DNA of 20,000 bases, taken from the IMG/VR virus record IMGVR_UViG_3300020048_000034; one strand, 5' to 3'. Source of the stretch: an uncultured virus (IMG/VR IMGVR_UViG_3300020048_000034). Its lineage: Duplodnaviria; Heunggongvirae; Uroviricota; Caudoviricetes. The notes below the pieces were generated by a model. It ran no database searches. It had not been told where the DNA came from and worked only from the letters and a program-made list of their open reading frames with translations. Both the position numbers and the translations under genes were made by a program. The first letter of the stretch is position 1. Every line of letters begins with the position of its first letter. Of the stretch, positions 1 through 10,200 are shown in pieces.

Positions 1-1
1 G

Positions 2-1804
2 TGTTCCATAACCCTCAGCATAGAATTCTCCACCAGTGCAAGAAGAATCTAAAACTATTTCTCCGCCTTTTAAATTTAATTCAATTAAACAGTTCTCTAC
101 TGCATTTTTAAATGTTATGATACCACTATTAACATCTAATGAAACAATTGTATTTTGGGAATTTTGTAAGTCAATAACTGTATTATCCCCCTCAATAACT
201 AGTTCAACACCAGATAATATATTTCCAGGTTCAACTGTTATTAAACCCTCTACTCTTCCACCAATTATTTCACCAGAAATATTAGTAACATTACTAATAT
301 AACAATTATTAAATAATGTACTTATTCCTGTCATCCTTCCATAAATGAATAAATTATTAAATGTTACATTATTTAATACTCTATTATTTAAATTAATTTT
401 ATCAATTAAAAAAGTTCTAGCTGAATATAAAACAAATGTATCTAAATTCTGTGTTAGAGTAATATCTCCAGTTATATGAAAAGCGTTAAATTTATATTTT
501 TCATTAATAATTAACGCATCATCTAAATTATTAACTGGATAATTATGAGTACCAACAAGAGGTAAATCTGTACCAGAAACTCCAATTATAGAATTAATAC
601 AAACAGCTTCTTTAAATTCAGAAGTAGAGAATGTTTTACCTGTACTTCCAATTAAAATATGATTAATTAAAGGTTCATCCCAAACTGCTTCAGCAATATT
701 ATCTTTAGATATTAACTCATTTAAAACTTGCATATTATTATACATACCAGTTTTAACATGGTTATGAGTAATAATATCCATACATTTACCGATACCAGTT
801 ATCCTAAATAATCCGTCAGTCATAGAAAGTAAATCAGCAAATACGTTACCACTATTTAAATCAATAGTTATAGCTTCTGGTCCACGTTTATTTTTAATCT
901 TAAATGATCCATTAAAATTTCTAATAGCTAAACTTTGACCTATTCCACCCATATCAATAAGTGGTAAATCTAATGTAGCATTTAATGCACCACTCCAACA
1001 ATTAAGAAATGTAGCTTCTGAACCTCCACCTATAATAATAACTCCAGGTGCTAAAATACATTCTTCTATAAAACCTGTTATATATAGTAAATCAGAAATC
1101 ATACAATTCTTTAAAGTAGATTCTCCATCTAGTACTCCAGTAACAAATGCTTCATAAAATTCACATTTATTAACATTAGCTGAATCTAAAATATGGATAG
1201 TAGTTTTAGTTTTGGATTCTCCAATAAATATCATACTACTAAAATTTAATGCGTCTTCAATTACTATATTACTAATTATAAAGAAAGTTGTAAAACCTCT
1301 ATATTTAGCAATTAATAAGGCATCTCGTAAGTTATTAACTGGTTGTTGTGGTGTTCCAACTGGGTAAGTAGTTCCTACATATTTAGAATTAATATCTACA
1401 GTTACTCCCCCATTAAAACTAGCATATTCTATTGCTGAGTTACTAGTCATACCAGCACTATTGTTACTTCTAACAGATACTCTATTTACATTTACATAAT
1501 CACCTACATTAGAATTTGCACCAGTTAGATTAACTGCATACTGTCCATCTTCGAAAGTTATTGTATAACCATTAGTTATTTCTATAACTCTAGCTAGAAT
1601 TAGACCACTAACTTGAACCTCTGGATAATGTATATGAGTATCTGGAAAAAACATACCATCTTCTGTATCTTCTAATGCTTTTAGTTGAAGTCTAAACCAA
1701 TTTAAATTTAATTCTCTAATTTCTGTTGGTATAGATTGAACTAAGGTAAGATCTTCTTTTGGAATATATATTATCTTTTCTTTCCAATCTATAGTAATAG
1801 ACAT
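2..1804 (-). CDS. Putative virion structural / tail-appendage protein with a duplicated beta-solenoid-like module (3'-truncated by the window edge, >=601 aa)
   Basis: Missing from the ORF track because it runs off the left edge. ATG at 1804 gives MSITIDWKEKIIYIPKEDLTLVQSIP..., and my hand translation stays open to position 2. It is Ile/Asn/Gly-rich with two copies of a GT.YP.GT...PVNNL.DAL motif. Function is inferred from context. Confidence 0.8.
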   Translation of the reverse strand, partial: MSITIDWKEKIIYIPKEDLTLVQSIPTEIRELNLNWFRLQLKALEDTEDGMFFPDTHIHYPEVQVSGLILARVIEITNGYTITFEDGQYAVNLTGANSNVGDYVNVNRVSVRSNNSAGMTSNSAIEYASFNGGVTVDINSKYVGTTYPVGTPQQPVNNLRDALLIAKYRGFTTFFIISNIVIEDALNFSSMIFIGESKTKTTIHILDSANVNKCEFYEAFVTGVLDGESTLKNCMISDLLYITGFIEECILAPGVIIIGGGSEATFLNCWSGALNATLDLPLIDMGGIGQSLAIRNFNGSFKIKNKRGPEAITIDLNSGNVFADLLSMTDGLFRITGIGKCMDIITHNHVKTGMYNNMQVLNELISKDNIAEAVWDEPLINHILIGSTGKTFSTSEFKEAVCINSIIGVSGTDLPLVGTHNYPVNNLDDALIINEKYKFNAFHITGDITLTQNLDTFVLYSARTFLIDKINLNNRVLNNVTFNNLFIYGRMTGISTLFNNCYISNVTNISGEIIGGRVEGLITVEPGNILSGVELVIEGDNTVIDLQNSQNTIVSLDVNSGIITFKNAVENCLIELNLKGGEIVLDSSCTGGEFYAEGYGT

Positions 1805-1819
1805 AGTATATTCTCACAA

Positions 1820-2095
1820 TTAAATTTTTTGGTTTACGGATTTTAACTGGCTTCTTAATACTTGAATTTCTTTACCATATTCTTCTTGGATTCTATTTTG
1901 TTCCAATAATGCATTTCTCATTATTTCTTTATTAATTTCTAATGCATTTTGGCAATTTATTAATTTAGCATCCCTCATAGCTATTTCAGTTTGCAAAAGT
2001 TTAACTTGCTCTTGTAGATTAGAAACAGCTTCATTAGTTGATTCATGCAACCTTCTCAAACTATTATATTTTTCCTCTAATGTTGCTTCTGACAT
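1820..2095 (-). CDS. Small coiled-coil protein (91 aa), possible fibre chaperone or assembly factor
   Basis: Heptad-like Leu/Ile/Glu/Gln/Lys pattern, GAGGA RBS upstream, tightly packed in the operon. Function unknown. Confidence 0.7.
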   Translation of the reverse strand: MSEATLEEKYNSLRRLHESTNEAVSNLQEQVKLLQTEIAMRDAKLINCQNALEINKEIMRNALLEQNRIQEEYGKEIQVLRSQLKSVNQKI

Positions 2096-2107
2096 TATTT
2101 TTCCTCT

Positions 2108-4093
2108 TTAATCTGGTATCAACTGAACTGTAGTAGTAAATCCATTACTAGAGCTTATTGTACCATTAATGGGTGAAGTTTTATAATAACTTCCCAAAAC
2201 TGATTTTCGTACTCTTCCAGTAATAGGTTGATCAGAAATTAATGATCTAGAATCAGAAATTAATCCATTACTATCTGTTTCACCCTCAATTATAACTGTA
2301 GTTGCTTTTATTGTACCAGTAGCTGGAGTTGATACTGCATCACTAATTGTGAATGAATAAGAATTTGCACTTATATAAGTAATAGTTTTAATTCCATTAT
2401 ATTCTGGTTGTGTTGCCCCAGATATTTGTACTTTAGCTCCAGTTGAATAACCGTGAGAGGTATGAGTTACTGTTGCAGTAGTACTAGTTCTACTGATTGT
2501 TACAGTTACATTATAAGGAAGTGATCCACCTGTATAAGCTAATACTAAAACTCTAGCACTTTGAATATTTGAAAGGGTTACTGCATCTATAACTTTAATC
2601 GTAGTAGTTACTGAAGCAGTTGACAAAATAGTTGTAGCATTAGTACCATTTCTAATAGATAATGTTCCAGTAATATTAGAAACATTTAATATTACAGTTC
2701 CTCCAGAATTATTATACAATACTTCATTTCCAGTTGATCCACTAGAACTAGCATATCCGGTTATTATATCTATAACTTTAATTATAGTAGTTACTGAAGC
2801 AGTTAATAGAATAGTTGTAGCATTAGTACCATTTCTAACTGAGAGAACCCCAGTTACATTAGAAACATTTAATGTAACAGTTCCTCCCGAATTATTATAT
2901 AATACTTCATTTCCAGTTGATCCATTTACTGTTGCATAATTTGTAAAAGAATTACCTGTAAAATTATATGTATTACCAGCACATGAGGAGGATAATTCAA
3001 TAGCATGTTTTGTACCACTAGAAATAAAGGTACAATTAGATATATTAGAGGGATTATTACTTAATAATGTTTTAACTGTGTCTGTAGTTGAGTCAAAAAT
3101 ACATTTAGAAAATATACTACTATTTTGAGTAATCAATTTACAACTTCTAAAGGTAGTATTTGTAATTGTACTATTTGAAGCAAATCCAAAGGTTCCCATA
3201 TTAATAAAGAAACAACTTAATATGTTCTGAGTAGCATTATCAGTTGTTACCCAATTACCAGGAGAAGCTGTACCTAATGCAGAAATAGTTATTGCTGTCA
3301 AATCAATTCTACTAGTACTTTGTCTAACTTCAAATCCATTAAAATTAGATGAAACTCTTCTGGTATTATCTATAATTATATTTTTATTACTATCTCTAAA
3401 ATCTACTGCTGATCCATATCCAAATATAATTAAACCTTTAGATAAGTAACTTCCATTTACTGCTTGAAGTAAGCCCCACCTATTAATTTGTAAATCATTA
3501 ACTGCTGAAAATCCATCAAAAGTAGCATATCCATTTGCTAAATCTCCACCAGAAAGTCTAGACTCACATCTTCCATATCTAACACAATCAACACCATAAG
3601 GATTACCTTTAGTTGGTACTCCTGTAGTAGCATTATAAGCCCAACCTAAATATCTTCTTGTAGAAGTAGGAGAACCTACTGTATAATCAGGTGTTTGTGA
3701 TGGGTCACAAGCAATATTTATCCAACCTCCATAGGTGTATGTATCCACACCACCTATCTTCCATCCATAAAAAGCATTTAAAGCACTTCCTACCACAAAT
3801 CTAATTCCACCATTAGTTTCAGTGTAAAGACAATTAGGAGCATCCCATTTCAACCATAGAAGTATTGCCCCATCAGTAGGAATGGTTAAACTTGTAGCAT
3901 CATATAATAATCCACCAACTCCAGATTTAACTGTAGCTGAGTTACAAGCAGAACCTTGAATATAATAATCAGTTTCACCTCCAGTTACTGAATTTATTGA
4001 AGTCCATCCAGTAGCAGTTGGTTCTGCCCAACCAGTAGCAGTTTGACAATCATGTATTAATATTAAATCAGTTGTGTATGATGGGGCAGCCAT
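2108..4093 (-). CDS. Putative tail-fibre/appendage protein (661 aa): N-terminal beta-sandwich, central beta-helix, 61-aa internal duplication, C-terminal small beta-barrel
   Basis: Thr/Ser/Gly/Asn-rich with beta-helix-type motifs (ITNTTF, FSKCIF, ISNCTF, FTGNSF). The C-terminal ATVTHTSHGYSTGAKVQISGATQPEYNGIKTIT resembles the E1-FCCH-like barrel seen in phage tail proteins. AGAGG RBS. Confidence 0.7.
   Translation of the reverse strand: MAAPSYTTDLILIHDCQTATGWAEPTATGWTSINSVTGGETDYYIQGSACNSATVKSGVGGLLYDATSLTIPTDGAILLWLKWDAPNCLYTETNGGIRFVVGSALNAFYGWKIGGVDTYTYGGWINIACDPSQTPDYTVGSPTSTRRYLGWAYNATTGVPTKGNPYGVDCVRYGRCESRLSGGDLANGYATFDGFSAVNDLQINRWGLLQAVNGSYLSKGLIIFGYGSAVDFRDSNKNIIIDNTRRVSSNFNGFEVRQSTSRIDLTAITISALGTASPGNWVTTDNATQNILSCFFINMGTFGFASNSTITNTTFRSCKLITQNSSIFSKCIFDSTTDTVKTLLSNNPSNISNCTFISSGTKHAIELSSSCAGNTYNFTGNSFTNYATVNGSTGNEVLYNNSGGTVTLNVSNVTGVLSVRNGTNATTILLTASVTTIIKVIDIITGYASSSGSTGNEVLYNNSGGTVILNVSNITGTLSIRNGTNATTILSTASVTTTIKVIDAVTLSNIQSARVLVLAYTGGSLPYNVTVTISRTSTTATVTHTSHGYSTGAKVQISGATQPEYNGIKTITYISANSYSFTISDAVSTPATGTIKATTVIIEGETDSNGLISDSRSLISDQPITGRVRKSVLGSYYKTSPINGTISSSNGFTTTVQLIPD
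2585..2924. repeat. In-frame direct repeat, 157-bp copies at a 183-bp period (2585-2741 and 2768-2924)
   Basis: Both copies encode GSTGNEVLYNNSGGTV.LNVSN.TG.LS.RNGTNATTIL.TASVTT.IKVID, with scattered substitutions. Confidence 0.95.
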
Positions 4094-4538
4094 TATTCTT
4101 ACCTCTAAGCAAATCCCGGTAGTATAGAATTGAATTTAGTACATTTTCTTTTGTTTGACCTCTAGGTATAAAAAATTGTTCTAGTTTATAGTTATTTCTA
4201 ATTACCACTGCATAATTAGTTTGCACCATTTCATTTATTAACTTTAAAATTAATCTATCTTTCCAAGAATCGGGGTATTTTGGATCCACTAAAGCTATAA
4301 AGATTGGATTAACTGGAAGTTTTTCAAATATAATATGACATATATTAGGCTTTAATTCAATACTTAAATTATACTCTAACCATGCACATTTAAAATTTCT
4401 ACAAGATATAGGTCTATTATTGTAGATTAAACAATTTAATTTACAATATATACAATTTTTATTGATAGGTTTGTTTAATTCCGGAACTTCCAACAATGTA
4501 CAACAAAGAATACATTCAGAACAAGTATTTTTATCCAT
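4068..4538 (-). CDS. CxxCxxCC (YkgJ-like) putative Zn/Fe-chelating protein (156 aa)
   Basis: N-terminal CSECILCC followed by C..C...CLIYNNRPISCRNFKC matches the CxxCxxCC family signature (C.IY..RP..CR.F.C). It ends in TGA and overlaps the next gene by 26 bp. Confidence 0.8.
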   Translation of the reverse strand: MDKNTCSECILCCTLLEVPELNKPINKNCIYCKLNCLIYNNRPISCRNFKCAWLEYNLSIELKPNICHIIFEKLPVNPIFIALVDPKYPDSWKDRLILKLINEMVQTNYAVVIRNNYKLEQFFIPRGQTKENVLNSILYYRDLLRGKNNGCPIIHN

Positions 4539-4560
4539 TTTTTAATATTTATTAAGAGGT

Positions 4561-4604
4561 TTAAAATAGAGAACTATCTATTTCTAAATAGTTCTCTATT
4601 TTAA
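4561..4604 (-). terminator. Long hairpin with a GAAA tetraloop, putative terminator or processing site
   Basis: Perfect 17-bp inverted repeat at 4561-4577 / 4588-4604. On the minus-strand RNA it extends to 20 bp (one G-U pair) around a GAAA loop, 8 nt after the stop of 4613-6304. Confidence 0.65.
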
Positions 4605-4612
4605 TAATTTAA

Positions 4613-6304
4613 TTATGCATCAGTGATTCGTGATGCAACAGCACTTCCACCAGCAGAACCCAACATAGCTGGGGATTCGAAAGTTTTAATAGGTGTTGAA
4701 CCACCATCTCTAACTCTAACAAACAAGTTTCTTGCACTACTAAAGATAGTTGTAAATGACTCGAAGTTATCCGCTGCTATTGTATCAATATAAGTAATCA
4801 TTAAATTATTATTAGCAGTAGCAATATTATCTCCAGAAAAATCAGTTGATGCAATAGTAAATGTATCAGTTGCCCATGAAGTATAGACAATTTTTCTATA
4901 TACCCCACTATCTAATTGAACACGAATTGTTCCAGTTGAGGGTGTATCTGCTGGTATATTTGTATTACATGCAATTGATGTAACTGTTGCCCCATCTAAT
5001 GTTGTTTTAACAGTTAATTGATCAAACTTAAAGTTGTTGCCAGTATCTTTTGGTCCAACTAAAATATAATCTTCACTTGCAACTAGACCAGATACAGTAA
5101 ACACAACATTGTTTGGCGGAATTTGTGTTACACCATTCAAATCCTGAATAGTATCAGATGAAGTTAAATCACTAGCTTTCACACCAATACCAAATGCACC
5201 AATCAGTGTACCAGTATATGATCCAAGAAATACTTTAGGAACAGTTCTAGAAACCACTGATCCAGATACTTCACACATTATTGCACCACTACTAATAGTC
5301 ATACCAGTAATAGGAGCTACTCCAGTGAGTAACTGTACCCACATTGTACCTGTATCTCCATCATCCTTTAAAGCTATCAACAAAGCTGTTCCTGCTGTTA
5401 ATCCACTTCCCCAAGAAATGATAGAGTTTTGAACAAATGGACCATCAACTTCATTATCATAAGCCCACTGATGTGTTACACCTAAGAAAAGTTCACCATT
5501 AATTCCGTGAATAGTTTTTGCTGTTCCAGAACGAACAACATCTTTAACATATTCCCAGATACTTTTTAATTTATCGCCAGTAGTATTATCACCATAAGAC
5601 CAAAGTGAATAATATGGTTGTAAACCATTACCATTATTCAAATTAATTGTCTGATAACCTTCGGCATTAGTTACATGAGTGTAAGCTGTAACTGTAGCTT
5701 GAAGAGAGTTGTTCTGAGCATCAGGAGTAGTACCAATTGCCGCAACTGATTCACCTTCACCTAGTGTTACGTTGAAGAAATCATAAGTGTCACCCCAATG
5801 TCTAGCTTGTACACGAACTCTCTTACCATCAATATCTTGACCATTAACTCTAGATTTAACAAGTACTCTAAAAAGAACACCAGATGTTACATCACCATTG
5901 TAACCGCCACTAGCCTGAGTTCCCCAGAAAGGTGTTTCTTGATACAATGCATTATTCTGAATAAGTTGAATTTGGGTAGCAGTGTTATTAACTGCACCAA
6001 GTACCTTCAAACCGGAATAAATAATTTCTGTTGCCCCAGCACCTTGTTTAATTGATCCAGCATATAAATATTCTGCTGCATTATCATCAATATTATAAGT
6101 TCCTAGAAGTGTAATAATGTTATCAGTTGATCTTTCAGATGGTGTACTCGATGTAATATCTAAGAGATCATCACTAGAAGCAACAGCATTAGCAGCTAAA
6201 TCCTGAAGAAATCTGTGCATTTCTAAAACAGTATAATGACTTGTTCCAGAAGCATGTCTAATATCACCATCAATTGAAACAGTAAAATCATTTTGAATCG
6301 CCAT
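4613..6304 (-). CDS. Putative virion structural protein (563 aa)
   Basis: Long ORF with a strong AAGGAG RBS, Gly/Thr/Ser/Asp-rich and beta-strand-like, located in the tail module and followed by a hairpin. No specific family recognised. Confidence 0.7.
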   Translation of the reverse strand: MAIQNDFTVSIDGDIRHASGTSHYTVLEMHRFLQDLAANAVASSDDLLDITSSTPSERSTDNIITLLGTYNIDDNAAEYLYAGSIKQGAGATEIIYSGLKVLGAVNNTATQIQLIQNNALYQETPFWGTQASGGYNGDVTSGVLFRVLVKSRVNGQDIDGKRVRVQARHWGDTYDFFNVTLGEGESVAAIGTTPDAQNNSLQATVTAYTHVTNAEGYQTINLNNGNGLQPYYSLWSYGDNTTGDKLKSIWEYVKDVVRSGTAKTIHGINGELFLGVTHQWAYDNEVDGPFVQNSIISWGSGLTAGTALLIALKDDGDTGTMWVQLLTGVAPITGMTISSGAIMCEVSGSVVSRTVPKVFLGSYTGTLIGAFGIGVKASDLTSSDTIQDLNGVTQIPPNNVVFTVSGLVASEDYILVGPKDTGNNFKFDQLTVKTTLDGATVTSIACNTNIPADTPSTGTIRVQLDSGVYRKIVYTSWATDTFTIASTDFSGDNIATANNNLMITYIDTIAADNFESFTTIFSSARNLFVRVRDGGSTPIKTFESPAMLGSAGGSAVASRITDA

Positions 6305-6323
6305 TTAAATAACTCCTTTTTGT

Positions 6324-6755
6324 TTAAATTAATCTTATTCCTATTATATTACCATTAATATCTCTATCTAGAACTTTAGTCTTGGTTAGAACATTAGCAT
6401 TATCATAATAGGATAAAGATAGGAGTTCTTCGTCAGTATCTCTGTTTAAAATAATTTTTGCAGTTAATGAATTATCAACATATTTTTTAATATTTGATAT
6501 ACTATCATTCTCTCTTTCAACTTCTATTAAAGAATATTCTACTTCAGGTGTACCAGGAGGCCCTGGTTCTCCCTGAATTCCTGGTTCACCTTTATCTCCT
6601 TTTGGGGGAGAAGTTTCAAAAGTATTAACAATTTCTTTCTGTGTTTCAAATATAACAACTTTATCACTAATGGTATTTACATCAATTGTTTGTGGTTTCT
6701 CTACTTCTATAGAATTTATTTGCTCATCTTCTAGTGTTTGAATGGTAATTGGCAT
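6324..6755 (-). CDS. Small protein with a short collagen-like Gly-X-Y run (143 aa)
   Basis: KGDKGEPGIQGEPGPPGTP motif and GAGG RBS. It follows an adaptor-like gene, an arrangement common in phage tail-fibre cassettes. Confidence 0.75.
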   Translation of the reverse strand: MPITIQTLEDEQINSIEVEKPQTIDVNTISDKVVIFETQKEIVNTFETSPPKGDKGEPGIQGEPGPPGTPEVEYSLIEVERENDSISNIKKYVDNSLTAKIILNRDTDEELLSLSYYDNANVLTKTKVLDRDINGNIIGIRLI

Positions 6756-6763
6756 AGTACCTC

Positions 6764-7162
6764 TTATCTAGTAACAGCAGCTACTATACTAGCTGAACCA
6801 TATTGTTTAAGGACTGATTCTCCACTAGGATTATACAGAAATAAATTATATGTTCCATTTATATTTTTATGATTTACACATAGTCCTAATGTATCTTCAT
6901 CTTTTATATAAATTCTATATCTATCATCAACACCTACATCCATCATATAAATACCAGAAGTAGCATCTGGTTGCCACGCAACTTGTACTGGTAATAAACT
7001 TAGTAATGGTGCAGAATCAGTTATTTTCTGTCTAACTTGCATTTTACCAGTAAACCCAGTTAATGAAACAGGTGTTCCATCTACTAACCATCTAAACCAT
7101 TTATCAAATGTACCACCCTCATAGATAGTTATGTTATATTCATAAGCTATAACTCCAGACAT
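6764..7162 (-). CDS. Tail-fibre adaptor / baseplate-upper-like beta-sandwich protein (132 aa)
   Basis: NITIYEGGTF...DGTPVSLTGFTGKMQVR...GTYNL...G pattern resembles small phage fibre-anchoring proteins (LtfC/BppU-N-like). AAGGAG RBS. Confidence 0.6.
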   Translation of the reverse strand: MSGVIAYEYNITIYEGGTFDKWFRWLVDGTPVSLTGFTGKMQVRQKITDSAPLLSLLPVQVAWQPDATSGIYMMDVGVDDRYRIYIKDEDTLGLCVNHKNINGTYNLFLYNPSGESVLKQYGSASIVAAVTR

Positions 7163-7179
7163 AATATTTCTCCTTGAGA

Positions 7180-7201
7180 ATTCCCTATATAAATAGGGAA
7201 T
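7180..7201 (-). terminator. Intergenic 9-bp hairpin, possible terminator or RNA stability element
   Basis: attccctat-ataa-atagggaat lies between the stop at 7211 and the RBS of 6764-7162. There is no clear U-tract. Confidence 0.4.
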
Positions 7202-7210
7202 CCCTAACTA

Positions 7211-10200
7211 TTAGCCACTAATATAAACTGATGAATCAGGTAAAGAACTATTTTTCATATATGAATAAAATAAAATTATCTTAGCAGGTACAGCTTTTTC
7301 TTTAACTATAAGTTCACCAACTTTTAAATTAGTTCCAACTTTAACTAGCTCTAATTTATTTTCATATAAAGTTACTGTTTGTAATGAAAAAGGATCTGGA
7401 ATTGGTGTCATTAATACTTTTATACTATTATTTCCAGAATCAACTGTTATAATATTATTTTTATAATTAATAACAAATGGGGATAAATATTTTTTTAATA
7501 ATTCAATAAATAGTAAAGGTGTAATTTGAATTTTATCTAAAGGTAAAGGAATTTCAATTATTCCATGATAACTAGAATAAAATACATATTTTCTCCCATT
7601 TATTCCAGATAATGGGTAACAATCAATTAATGACGATGATTTAATAGTGTACTTATTACTTATAGTATTCTTTAAATAGAAAACTATTTCCTCATTAGCA
7701 TAATCTAAAATAAATTTTCTTGAGGGATTTAAAAAATCATCATTTATGTCAATACCCATTATTACTTGCGTTTCTTCTAGTGGAATAGTAGTAATTAATT
7801 CATCTAATGGTTGTTTATCAATAATACTTATTATTTCTGGGAATCTCTCTACTAATTTAGGTAAAATAGTTATTAGTGGGAGTAATCCTATTAATTCTTG
7901 AGGTATATCATTTCTTCCTGGAAATTTGTCAACTAGGTTTGATAGTAACTCTATTACAGGAAGTGTTTCTATTAATTCAGGTAAAACTTCTTTTATTTCT
8001 GGAAATAATTCAACTAGTTTAGGTAAAATTTCATTTTCTGGGAGTGTTTCTATTAATTCTGGTAAAACTTCATTTATTTCTGGAAATTTTTCAACTAGTT
8101 TAGGTAAAATATCTGTTAGAGGAAGTATTTCTGGCAAAACTTCTTTTATTTCTGGAAATTTTTCAACTAATTTAGGTAAAATGTCTGTTATAGGAATTGT
8201 ATTTACCAATTCCGTTAAAACTTCTTTTATCTCTGGAAATTTTTCAGACAACTCTGGTAACTTTGTTACCACTTCTGGAAATGTATTTATCAATTCTGGT
8301 AAAATATCTACTATTTCTGGAAATAACTCTGATAGCTCTGGTAGATTCTCTTTTATTTCAGGAATTCTAATATTATTATTAAATTCTTTATCTAAAAATA
8401 TTTCTGGGTCTTCTATCGGTGTAACAGTAGTTATTAACTCATTAGGTGATATAATGTCATACTTTATAGTAAGTTCCGGTATTTCTGGATTATAATCTAC
8501 AGAAGTAATAGGAGTATAAATAGAAGTTAATGGGTCAAGTATAAAAGGGTTAGGACTGTAAAAAGTTGGAGGATCTAGTGGTTCTGGTTTCTCTGGTTCA
8601 TCTATATCTCCATCTATAATAGAACAAGCTAAATCTAATAATTCAATGCTTCCTTTAGTAGATGATATAGGAGGAGAACAAGGACTACATTTCGGTTCAG
8701 AAACACTTCCTATTTCTTCACAATCTGGATTTATATCAATAATTTCAGATTTTATTTGTTCCGCAATTGTTGTTAATGTTTCTTCTACACTATACCAAGG
8801 TAAATCATAATTCAATACATCCTGATCTGAAGGTATGCCAGTTTCAATAAAATTAGATAAGTTAGGAAATTCTGGAAATTCTTGCTCCAATAAGTAAATA
8901 AAATCTTCATAAGTATTTATAGGGGGTTCAATTGTAGTAATAGTATTAACAGTAACTTCTTTTGGTGGGGTTACTGTCCCACCTTTAGGGAAAGTAATAG
9001 GTGTTGCTTTTTTCTCAATACCTATATCCCCTCCATCAGTGATAGGTGGTATTTTAACAATAACTTCTCCCCCGTCAACAATAGTTACAGGTATAAGTGG
9101 CTCTAAAGGTATTTCTTTACCTCCAGGAATTGTTATAGTACCAGTTGTTCCAGGTATTTTTATAGTACTTATTGGTACTATAACAATTGGTTCTAAGGGA
9201 ATAATAATACCCTTTCTAGGAACTATTATTGTCCCACCATTTGGTACAGCAGGTGTTCCACCTTTACCTATTGGTGTAACAACTTTTGGTGGAATTTTAA
9301 CAACAATTACCTCACCGCTAGGAGGTAAATCTCCACCTTTTCTAATCGGGCATAGTGCTGCAAACATTCTTTCAATTACGTCTAGATAATAATCTACAAC
9401 GGTTGATTGTTTTAATGGTGCATATCCACATATATTCCAGGAATATGAATCCTTTAATGGAATTCCCTCACTATAGAATACTTCCCTTGCCTCGCTATAT
9501 ACTTCTTTATATCTATTAATCTTTGCTTCATGGTAGGTTGGAAAAATACTTCTAACAGAGGGATGAACATCTTTAGTTACAAATGCATCTAGTGAATAAG
9601 TATAAGTATAATAAGGTCCTTTTGGTGATTTAACTCTGTCACCTAATTCACCTAATGGGTTCCACCCAAAAATAGTATTAGCATAACAATTTTCTGGAAT
9701 TCCACCTATTCTAATCCTAAAATCAAAATCTATACTAGTTTTTATTTGTAAAAATCCATTATAATTAACTATTTGATAAGTAGATTGATGCTCCCCAGAA
9801 GAATTTCTAAAAATAATATAATTATACTTATTCAAATAAGTAGTACTTTGAGTCCAACTCATTTTAGATTTATTTTGTCTAAGCCAATTTCCATCCCTTT
9901 GCATAGCTTTAATTATTTCATCAACTGTACCACTACCGAAAGGTAATTCTATGTAACTCCAATCATCTAACTGCATTATCTCAGGATTACTAAAATCAAT
10001 CCAATAACCGATAGTTAAGGTATCTCCAGAATGTCCAAAAGGATTTATAGTACAAGAAAGATAACTTGTACCAATTCCTTCCCACACACCTGTCAGTGAG
10101 ACTGCTTGACCATTACTCCAAGTAGCATAAGGTGTAGAGAGTATTTTCGGCGTAAATTTAGGTTTAAGCGGATTAGAAAGATATCCTACATTAATTTGTA

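Noticed and set aside
2585..2924. DGR template/variable repeat pair
   Set aside because: Mismatches are not adenine-specific on either strand, both copies are in frame within one gene, and there is no reverse transcriptase in the window.
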